A stretch of 64,000 nt of DNA, taken from NCBI GenBank assembly GCA_965248195.1, contig CBDFIQ010000002.1, forward strand, positions 192,001 to 256,000. Reading direction: 5' to 3'. The position numbers and the translations under genes were made by a program. Shown here in pieces: positions 8,517 to 16,181 of this stretch. Source of the DNA: Longimicrobiales bacterium (GTDB lineage Bacteria; Gemmatimonadota; Gemmatimonadetes; Longimicrobiales; Gaopeijiaceae). Within the stretch, counting starts at the first letter, position 1, and every line of letters begins with the position of its first letter. The notes below the pieces were generated by a model that saw nothing but the letters and a program-made list of their open reading frames with translations, did no database searches and had not been told where the DNA came from.

Positions 8517-8563
8517 GTTGAGCGGTGCTCGGATCCTCCATGTTGAGCGGTGCTGGGATCCTC
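8517..8563. repeat. 22-bp direct repeat x2 (period 25) in a divergent intergenic region
   Basis: GTTGAGCGGTGCTCGGATCCTC at 8517-8538 and GTTGAGCGGTGCTGGGATCCTC at 8542-8563 (1 mismatch). Confidence 0.85.
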
Positions 8564-8632
8564 AGCCCCCGTCGGGGTATTGGCTTATCGCGGCGACACG
8601 CTTCTTCACCCACTGATACGTACAGGCCGATC

Positions 8633-11038
8633 ATGTCCACGCCTTCACCGATAGAAGAGTTTCCGTTCGGGACCCGCCTGAGCCTGGCGCACCTCGTCGA
8701 TTTCTGGGAGCGCCAGGACGGGGACCCGAGCTCATTACATGCGCCCCTGGCCCGGGTGATCGTCGAGCAGCTCGAAGAAGCTTCGGAGCTCAGAGGGATC
8801 ATCGACGACGACGCGGTGCTGGACAAACACCGGGAGCTCATCGACCTCATGATGACCGCCATGGTCCCGGCGGGTCGGCGCGAGGACTATTACGCCGCGG
8901 CCGGCGAACCCTTCAAGACACTCTCCCGCTGTTTCTACGAGACGCCGGCGTGGCGGCGGCTAGGGCTTGGCGAGGCCGAGCGCGTCAAGCATCAGCTCAA
9001 CATGGCGCCGGAGCAGTTCGCCTTTGGAAAGCTCATGTGGGCCTACGAGTTTCTGCTCCAGGAGTGGGTGGGCGTCGAGGCGAATCTACAGCCCGGCCTC
9101 GTCATGACCGTACACGACGAGGAGGTCGGGCTGGACAGGCACTTCTCGTTGGACGTCGACCCTCGCTTCACGTCCGTGAGGCTCGTTCGGGACATCGAGA
9201 AGCCGTCCTCGGAGGATGTCGCACGCCTGCTGGCCGAGCCCACTGACATCGACCTCTGGACCGAGGTGCTCCCTCCGGATGCCTTCGAGTTCGATGGCAT
9301 GACGGTGATCACGGCAGTGGACGTCACGCCCCACGAGGTGATCTCGCGACTCAAGAACGACCTCATCGAGAAGGATTCGATGGCGTCACCCGAGAAGATC
9401 GATCGGCTCCAGCATCAGCTCCGTAATCTCCTGGGTTGCCCCGAGCTCAGCCTCGGGCTGATCGCCTTCGACCGGCGGGCCGACGTCGAGGCGATCGAGG
9501 GGGCGAGGGCCGTGGGCAAGAGCCTGCTCCTCTGCGACGAGTGCGCCCCCACCTGCCCGAACCGGGCCAACTCCAGCTATGCGGGAATCTTCGAAGGCAC
9601 GGACCCCGTCATCGTTCAAGACCTTAAGACGTCGGAGTTACGCACCGGCTACGAACACCATCTGCGGAAGCACAGGCACCGTAGTCTCCTTCTCTACCCG
9701 CTCCACGCCGGCGACCAACTGGTCGGGCTCATGGAGCTCGCGTCGCCCAGGCCGGGAGACCTCAACGCCTTCAACGCCCGGCGACTGGCGGATGTCGTTC
9801 CGCTCTTCGCCACCACACTCAAGCACAACCAGGACGAGCTCGAGGATCATGTGCAGGCGGTCATCAAGCGGAAGTACACGGCGATCCACTCGTCTGTCGA
9901 GTGGCGTTTCCGCGATGCCGCCTTGCGTTACCTGGAGGAAAAGGAGAGCGGTGAGGTGAGCCCCGAGCTCGAGCAGATCGTCTTCCATGACGTGTACCCG
10001 CTCTACGGGCTGGTCGACATGCGCGACTCGTCGCGGATACGGAACGAAGCGATTCGGGGGGACCTCAGCGAACAACTCCAACTGGCTCTGGACGTGATCA
10101 ATGCCGCCGGGCAGATACGACCGCTTCTCGCGCTGGAAGAGGTGGGATACCGACTGGCGCAGCATCTCGACCGGATCGAATCCGAGCTCCGCTCAGACGA
10201 CGAATCAGGCATCTTGGAGCTCCTCCGGCGTGACGTGGAGCCGCTATTTGGGCAACTCGACACCTATGGGAGTGATGTGGCGGAGCGCGTGACCTCCTAT
10301 CGCGGGGCGCTCGACGCGGAACTGCAGCTCGTCTATCGCCGCCGCAAGGAATTCGAGCAGAGCGTGGCGGCTTTGAACGACGCCATTTCGATGACGCTGG
10401 ACGCGGAGGAGGAGCGGGCCCAGACCATGTTCCCCCACTTCTTCGAGAAGTTCAGGACGGATGGGGTGGACCACAGTATCTACATCGGCGCTGAGCTCCA
10501 CGAGGACGGGCTGTTCGATGAGCTCTATCTGCGTAATCTCCGGATCTGGCAACTCATGACGACCTGCCGGATCGAGTGGGAGCTCGCCCGGGTCAAGACC
10601 GACATGCCCGTTCCCCTCGAAGCGACCCACCTGATCCTCGTCCAGCATCAGCCGCTCTCGATCCGCTTCCGCATCGACGAGAAGCGCTTCGACGTGGACG
10701 GGGCGTACGACATCCGCTACGAGATCGTCAAGAAGCGCATCGACAAGGCGCGGGTCCGAGGGTCGAGCGAACGCATAACCCAGCCGGGGCAGCTCGCCAT
10801 CGTGTACTCGACGGCCGGTGAGGCTGCCGAGTACAGGAGATACATCGAGTTCCTTCAAAGCAGGGGCTACTTCTCCCCAGGGCTGGAGGAGCTCGAGCTG
10901 GAGGACCTCCCGGGCATCTCCGGGCTCAGGGCGCTGCGAGTCACCATCGCGAGCAGGGGCAAGGCCGACCAGTCGGCCCTGCCGGCTCGACCCTCAGAGG
11001 GCGAGATCGAGGCGGTCCTCACCGGAGAGCAGGCCTAA
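8633..11038 (+). CDS. Large GAF-domain protein of unknown function
   Basis: Central GAF (RSLLLYPLHAGDQLVGLMELAS). Conserved-looking blocks TAIHSSVEWRF, VYPLYG..D, FPHFFEKFRTDGV, FRIDEKRFDVDGAYDIRYEIVKKRIDKA. Confidence 0.8.
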   Translation: MSTPSPIEEFPFGTRLSLAHLVDFWERQDGDPSSLHAPLARVIVEQLEEASELRGIIDDDAVLDKHRELIDLMMTAMVPAGRREDYYAAAGEPFKTLSRCFYETPAWRRLGLGEAERVKHQLNMAPEQFAFGKLMWAYEFLLQEWVGVEANLQPGLVMTVHDEEVGLDRHFSLDVDPRFTSVRLVRDIEKPSSEDVARLLAEPTDIDLWTEVLPPDAFEFDGMTVITAVDVTPHEVISRLKNDLIEKDSMASPEKIDRLQHQLRNLLGCPELSLGLIAFDRRADVEAIEGARAVGKSLLLCDECAPTCPNRANSSYAGIFEGTDPVIVQDLKTSELRTGYEHHLRKHRHRSLLLYPLHAGDQLVGLMELASPRPGDLNAFNARRLADVVPLFATTLKHNQDELEDHVQAVIKRKYTAIHSSVEWRFRDAALRYLEEKESGEVSPELEQIVFHDVYPLYGLVDMRDSSRIRNEAIRGDLSEQLQLALDVINAAGQIRPLLALEEVGYRLAQHLDRIESELRSDDESGILELLRRDVEPLFGQLDTYGSDVAERVTSYRGALDAELQLVYRRRKEFEQSVAALNDAISMTLDAEEERAQTMFPHFFEKFRTDGVDHSIYIGAELHEDGLFDELYLRNLRIWQLMTTCRIEWELARVKTDMPVPLEATHLILVQHQPLSIRFRIDEKRFDVDGAYDIRYEIVKKRIDKARVRGSSERITQPGQLAIVYSTAGEAAEYRRYIEFLQSRGYFSPGLEELELEDLPGISGLRALRVTIASRGKADQSALPARPSEGEIEAVLTGEQA

Positions 11039-11058
11039 GCGATCCGAGCGTCGCGCGG

Positions 11059-12546
11059 TCAGTCCCCGCCGGTCCAGTGCCCTCGCAGTCCCTCGCGGTC
11101 AACCTCGCGGCCTCGGAGGTAGACTCGAGAGATGGTACGCGTGTTTCGGATGTCTTCGAGTGGGTTCGCGTCGAGAATTACGAAATCTGCGGTCTTTCCG
11201 GGGGCGATCGTGCCCATCTCGAACAGTCCGAGTCGTTGCGCGGGGCGGCTGGTGGCCGCAACGATCGCCTGCATCGGCGTCATGCCCAGCCGAACGAAGA
11301 TCTCCAGCTCCCGGTGGCCCGTGTAGCCGAAGAAGTGGTCCGGAACAGCGCCCGCGTCGGTTCCGAGCACGATGTCCACGTCTGCCGCCAAGAGGCGGGA
11401 AAAGGCCTCACTCAACTCCCGTTCCCGTTCCGAAGCCCTCGCGGCCACTCCTTGTGCGGCGGTGCCCCCCTGCACGGTGGCGCCCGCTGGCTGCCGTGCG
11501 TCGTAGGCTTCGCCGAGCCGAGCGGCCACCTCCGGAAGAGTCGCCTCCTGCAGGAATGGATCGTCCCCCACTCGCTCGCGGCGCAGTTCACCCAGGCCGA
11601 GATTGGGGACCAGGAAGGCTCCGGAGTCGCGGATCTGGGCGGCTAAACCGTCGTCCATCGCCGGACCGAGACGCCCGTGAAGGAACCCGGCCACGCCCGC
11701 CTCGAGCAGATCCGGCATGTCCTCAGCGTTCTGCTGGTGGACAATGACCTCGATGCCATGCGCCTGCGCTTCGTCGATGATCGCACGATAGACGTCCCGC
11801 GGCAGTTTCTTCTGGCTCCCCCCCCGATCGTCGACCCAGATCTTGATGAAGGGGATCTCCTTTGCCGAAACTTCGCGGACCGCCGTGCGACCCTCTTCCT
11901 CGGAGGCGACCCCCCTCAGAACGGTCATCCCGGTCTCCTCGGCGATGGCCAATGCATGGCCCAGGAACTGGTTGTTCGGCCCCTGCCCGGGCGGCGCCAT
12001 ACCGGCGCCGAAGAGGAAACGGGCGCCCTCGACCTCCCCCTCCCGCTGCGCTCGTTGGATCTTGATCGCGAGGTCTTCGGGGTCGCTACCGGCCGAGAAG
12101 ACCGCGCCGAACCCGTAGTAGGCATAGCGCTCGAGGTGTTCGATCAGATTCTCGCGCGAGTAGTTTTCGGATCCCCAGCTTGTGTACCCCTCGTAACCCA
12201 GGTGCGCGTGGGCATCGATCAAGGCCGGAATGACCGTCTTTCCAGCAAGGTCGATCGAGGTGGCTCCCGGAGGCGCCGCGACCCCTCCGGTGCGCCCGAC
12301 CTCGAGGATCCGGTCGCCCTCCACGAGGAGGGCCCCGTTCTCGATCATGCCGCCGTCTCCGAGGATCAGCCTGGCTCTCTCGAAGAGGAGCGTCGCGCCG
12401 GGCTGGGTGGGCACCGAAGATGCCGGGGATGCGGCCGTTCCTTCAGGGCCTGGACCGGAATCGGAGGGGGTACATCCTGCCGCAACGCACGCTGCGAGGC
12501 CGATCCCAACCAACAGGTCCCAGTTCGCCGGATTCTTACGTCTCAT
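11059..12546 (-). CDS. Metal-dependent amidohydrolase (imidazolonepropionase-like), lipoprotein
   Basis: Lipobox VAAG-C; PALIDAHAH; GTDAG; GMTPMQAI..AT; GTIAPGKTADFVIL. Confidence 0.9.
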   Translation of the reverse strand: MRRKNPANWDLLVGIGLAACVAAGCTPSDSGPGPEGTAASPASSVPTQPGATLLFERARLILGDGGMIENGALLVEGDRILEVGRTGGVAAPPGATSIDLAGKTVIPALIDAHAHLGYEGYTSWGSENYSRENLIEHLERYAYYGFGAVFSAGSDPEDLAIKIQRAQREGEVEGARFLFGAGMAPPGQGPNNQFLGHALAIAEETGMTVLRGVASEEEGRTAVREVSAKEIPFIKIWVDDRGGSQKKLPRDVYRAIIDEAQAHGIEVIVHQQNAEDMPDLLEAGVAGFLHGRLGPAMDDGLAAQIRDSGAFLVPNLGLGELRRERVGDDPFLQEATLPEVAARLGEAYDARQPAGATVQGGTAAQGVAARASERERELSEAFSRLLAADVDIVLGTDAGAVPDHFFGYTGHRELEIFVRLGMTPMQAIVAATSRPAQRLGLFEMGTIAPGKTADFVILDANPLEDIRNTRTISRVYLRGREVDREGLRGHWTGGD

Positions 12547-12747
12547 GCTGGGCTCCCCCTTGCGCGCTATACCGTGGACCACGTGCCGCCACTACTGCAT
12601 CCCTTCACGCCCACCCTATGCCACGGTCTCGCGTGGAGCAATCCCGCCTCATTTTACACGAAGGCGCTTGCCAGCCACCAAGCATCTTCTCCTGAGCCGC
12701 CCTCCATCTTATACTGTCTCTGCGTAATTCCAATCCAGGAGAGAGTC

Positions 12748-13380
12748 ATGATCCGTCGAATCCCTCTATTCGCCCTCGCGTTCTTCATCGCCGCGCCGCT
12801 GGCAGCTCAGACGCCCGTCGGGCTCCAGCTGCGTCTCGACCACAGCCTGAATGCGGAGGATCCGGACGACGTTCCAAACGTGACCGTGACCAGGTCGGGC
12901 GATGGTTTCCAAGTACGCACTGGACCTGCGGTCACGGCATGGATTTCCGACAACACGGCCATGGGCGCGTACACCCTCTCGGGTACCTTCACTCTCCTGG
13001 AGCCGAGCGGCCATGTAAATTACTACGGCCTCCTCTACGGTGGCGGTGACCTGGAGGGTTCGGGACAGAACTATCTGTACTTCCTGGTCGCGCAGGACGG
13101 AAGCTATCTGGTCAAGCACCGTGCCGGGAATGAAACCACGCACGACATCCAGGGACGTACGACCCACTCGGCCGTTGTGGTGCCGGACGCCAACGGGCGC
13201 TCCGTCAACGCCCTCGAGGTGCGCGTCGGCACGGACACTACCGATTTCGTTGTGAACGGCGTCGTGGTGCATTCGGCTGCCCAGAGCGGGATGGCCGGGC
13301 GCACCGACGGGATCTGGGGTGTACGGGTCAACCACGTGCTTCCTGGCATCCTCGTGGAAGGGCTGGGCATCACGCAGTAG
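12748..13380 (+). CDS. Secreted beta-sandwich protein (ConA/DUF1080-like)
   Basis: RBS AGGAGAG, signal peptide ending PLAA-Q, beta-rich with YGL..GG, YLYFLV..DG.YLVKHR, G.WGVRVNH. Confidence 0.7.
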   Translation: MIRRIPLFALAFFIAAPLAAQTPVGLQLRLDHSLNAEDPDDVPNVTVTRSGDGFQVRTGPAVTAWISDNTAMGAYTLSGTFTLLEPSGHVNYYGLLYGGGDLEGSGQNYLYFLVAQDGSYLVKHRAGNETTHDIQGRTTHSAVVVPDANGRSVNALEVRVGTDTTDFVVNGVVVHSAAQSGMAGRTDGIWGVRVNHVLPGILVEGLGITQ

Positions 13381-13483
13381 CGCGGTTCTCGCCCCTGGCT
13401 CGTAGGTCGACGGCACACCGGAGATAGCCCCAGGCACGAAGGGGATTAGCGGAGAAGGTCCCTCGGGCCATTCTCCCACCGCC

Positions 13484-15982
13484 CTACTCGTACCGCAGCG
13501 CCTCCATTGGATCGATCCTGGACGTGCGCTGAGCCGGGACGTAGCCCGCTGCCAGCGCCACCCCGACGAGCAACACCGCCACCGCGATGGAGACGAAGGG
13601 ATCGGATCCGTCTAGCCCGAACAGAAGAGATTCCGCCGCTCTCCCCAGGAACGACGCCGCTACCAGACCGAGCGCCCCTCCTACGAGGGTCATACGGCCT
13701 ACTTGTTTGAGCACCATCCCCCTCACTCGGGGCCCGCCGGCCCCCAGTGCCATGCGGAGACCGATTTCCCTGGTGCGCTGCGTTACGGTGTAGGCCAGGA
13801 CGCCGTAGAGGCCGACCGTGGCCAGCAGCGTGGCGAGGACCGCGAATGCCGCGGACAAGATGCTGATGAACCGGTCCAAGACCACGCTCTCCTTCACCTG
13901 CCGCTCGAGGGTCTTCAAGCCCTCCACCGGCAGATTCGGATCGAGTCGGCCCATCAAAGGAGGGATCGCGGCGAGGATCTGATTGGGCTCGAGCGACGTT
14001 CGCACATAGAAATTGATCGAACCCAACCCGTCGTCCTGGCGGTAGGGCCTGAAGAAGACCGGGGGCACCTCGCGTTTCACGTCCGCGTATTTGGCGTCCT
14101 GGACCACGCCCACGATCTGGGTGTCGAGCTCATCGCCCCGTCCGGACCCCATGAAACGGCCGACCGCGTCGCGGCTGTCCAGTCCGAACTTCCGGGTAAA
14201 CGCCTCGTTTACGATGGCGACCTTAGGGGCGTTAGCCCCGTCCGATACCGTAAACTCCCGACCTGCCAGAAGCGGCATCCCTAGCGTGCTGAAGTAGCTC
14301 GGCCCGATCTCGTTGAGGCGCGAGCTAGCGTCGATGTCGGGGCCCGACTCGAAACCCTCCACCCGCACTCCGCTGCCCCAACTGCTGCCGGCCAGGACAG
14401 GCACGAGCGCGGCCGAGACACCCGCCACCCCCGGGATCGCCGCCAACTCTTCCTCGGTTCTTTCGAAAAAAGCCAGCGAACGCTCGGGCTCGTAGCCGTT
14501 GAGCTCCGGTGAGATCGCGAAGGTGACTACGTTCCCCGTGCGGAGCCCGAGATCGATCTGGCTAACGTTCACGAGGCTCTTGATGAACAACCCCGCCGAC
14601 GCGAGGAGCGTCATTGAAAGGGCGAGTTGAGCCGTTACCAACGCGCTCCGGAATCGGGCTGCGCCGCGGGCGCCGGAGGGCTGGCCGGTGTTGGCCTTCA
14701 GCATCGTCACGAGATCGGGGCGCGTGCTGTGTAGCGCGGGATAGAGGCCGAAGAGGAGGCCGGTACCCAACGACAGGACCCCGGTGAAGACCAGCACCGC
14801 CGGACTCAACTCCAGGGCCAACATGTTGGCGCCTTCCGGAGGAAGGAGGGTGCCGATAAGCGCGAGCGTGGCTTGAGCCACAAATAGGCTGGCCACACCT
14901 CCAAGCATGGCGAGCAGGAGCGACTCCGTAAGAAGCTGCGCCAAAAGGTGACGGCGTCCGGCACCGAGTGAGCCGCGAATCGCCATCTCCTGGCCGCGGG
15001 CAGCCCCCCGGGCCAGCAATAGGTTCGCGATGTTCGCACACGCGATCAGGAGCACGACGCCGGTGATGGCCAGGAGCAGATTGAGGGGGGTCCCCGCCTC
15101 ACCTTGGATCTGGCTCTGCCCCCGGGCCCCCGGTGCCAGCGTGATCTGTTTGGCCCGGAAACGCTCAAGCGTCGGAGCACTCATGCCGTCCTGGAGGGGT
15201 GCCTCGACCTCATCGAGGATGGCCGAATAGGTGGTGTTGATCTCCGTGGCCGCACGCTCGATCGTGACCCCGGGATTCAACCTGGCGAAGAGGTATGCCC
15301 AATAACTGCGCCGGTTGTCGAAGCCGGTGAAGCCCGGGTTCATGAGTCCCCGCATCGAAATCGGTACGAACACGTCCGATTCCAAGCCGAGCGTCGTCCC
15401 GTCGAATCCACGAGGGGCCACACCGACGATCGTCATCGCGTGTCCGTTAATGATGATCGATTGGTTGAGCACTCCCGGATCGGAGCCGAGCCGATTCACC
15501 CAATAATCGTGGCTCAGAACCGTCACGAAGTTCTCGCCGACGGTCTCGTCGTCTCCTGGATCGAGCAGGCGGCCCAACGCCGCTCGAAGGCCGAGCACCG
15601 GAAAGTAGGATCCGGACACGAGCATTCCCTGTCCGCTCGAGGTCTGACTCGAATGCGCCAGGTTCGCGTCGAAATCTCGATGGGCCGCGATCCCCGAGAA
15701 TCCGCTCTGGGCGCGCTCGAGGTCACGGAACATCTCGTAGCTGAAGATCTCCTCGCAGGCGCCTGCCTGGCTACACGAGGTCATGCCCGGGTTGGGGCCG
15801 GGGGCGGCCAGGTTGACGAGCTGCCCCGGTGCTTCGACGGGCAGGGGCCTCAGCAGAATCTGATCAAAGAGCGAGAAGATCGCCGCGTTCGCGCCAATTC
15901 CCAAAGCGAGCGACAGTACCGCCACGGCCGTGACGAAGGGCGTCTTGGTGACCGAGCGCAGAGCGAGCTTCAGCTGAGACAT
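13484..15982 (-). CDS. ADOP-type duplicated MacB/FtsX-family ABC permease (no ATPase adjacent)
   Basis: LALGIGANAAIFS, LLIACANIANLLLAR, second repeat GLYGVLAYTVTQRTREIGLRMALGA, C-terminal IDPMEALRYE. Confidence 0.92.
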   Translation of the reverse strand: MSQLKLALRSVTKTPFVTAVAVLSLALGIGANAAIFSLFDQILLRPLPVEAPGQLVNLAAPGPNPGMTSCSQAGACEEIFSYEMFRDLERAQSGFSGIAAHRDFDANLAHSSQTSSGQGMLVSGSYFPVLGLRAALGRLLDPGDDETVGENFVTVLSHDYWVNRLGSDPGVLNQSIIINGHAMTIVGVAPRGFDGTTLGLESDVFVPISMRGLMNPGFTGFDNRRSYWAYLFARLNPGVTIERAATEINTTYSAILDEVEAPLQDGMSAPTLERFRAKQITLAPGARGQSQIQGEAGTPLNLLLAITGVVLLIACANIANLLLARGAARGQEMAIRGSLGAGRRHLLAQLLTESLLLAMLGGVASLFVAQATLALIGTLLPPEGANMLALELSPAVLVFTGVLSLGTGLLFGLYPALHSTRPDLVTMLKANTGQPSGARGAARFRSALVTAQLALSMTLLASAGLFIKSLVNVSQIDLGLRTGNVVTFAISPELNGYEPERSLAFFERTEEELAAIPGVAGVSAALVPVLAGSSWGSGVRVEGFESGPDIDASSRLNEIGPSYFSTLGMPLLAGREFTVSDGANAPKVAIVNEAFTRKFGLDSRDAVGRFMGSGRGDELDTQIVGVVQDAKYADVKREVPPVFFRPYRQDDGLGSINFYVRTSLEPNQILAAIPPLMGRLDPNLPVEGLKTLERQVKESVVLDRFISILSAAFAVLATLLATVGLYGVLAYTVTQRTREIGLRMALGAGGPRVRGMVLKQVGRMTLVGGALGLVAASFLGRAAESLLFGLDGSDPFVSIAVAVLLVGVALAAGYVPAQRTSRIDPMEALRYE

Positions 15983-16026
15983 CAAGAACCTCTTGGAGCG
16001 TTGGGAATCGGAGCGCGCTAACAGGT

Positions 16027-16055
16027 TAGACGGGTAAGTAGCTCGGAGGGTTTCA
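16027..16055 (-). promoter_or_regulatory. Predicted ECF promoter (TGAAACC-N16-CGTCTA) for the ADOP permease
   Basis: Minus strand TGAAACC-ctccgagctacttacc-CGTCTA, ~45 bp upstream of the start. Confidence 0.55.
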
Positions 16056-16181
16056 AGTGTACTTCGGACTGCGGGCTGCTAACGCTGCCGAAAATGACAT
16101 TCACCGCCGGACGGCGTACAACGGTTCTATGATCTGTGGATTTCGCGAAGGTGGCGTCTGGCAAATGGCTCTTTCTAACGT

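Noticed and set aside
8517..8563. Possible mini-CRISPR
   Set aside because: Only two repeats with a 3-bp gap, and no cas genes.
11677..12747. 5' part of the 567-aa ORF 11677..13380
   Set aside because: Antisense shadow of the amidohydrolase. The real gene starts at ATG 12748 with an RBS and signal peptide.
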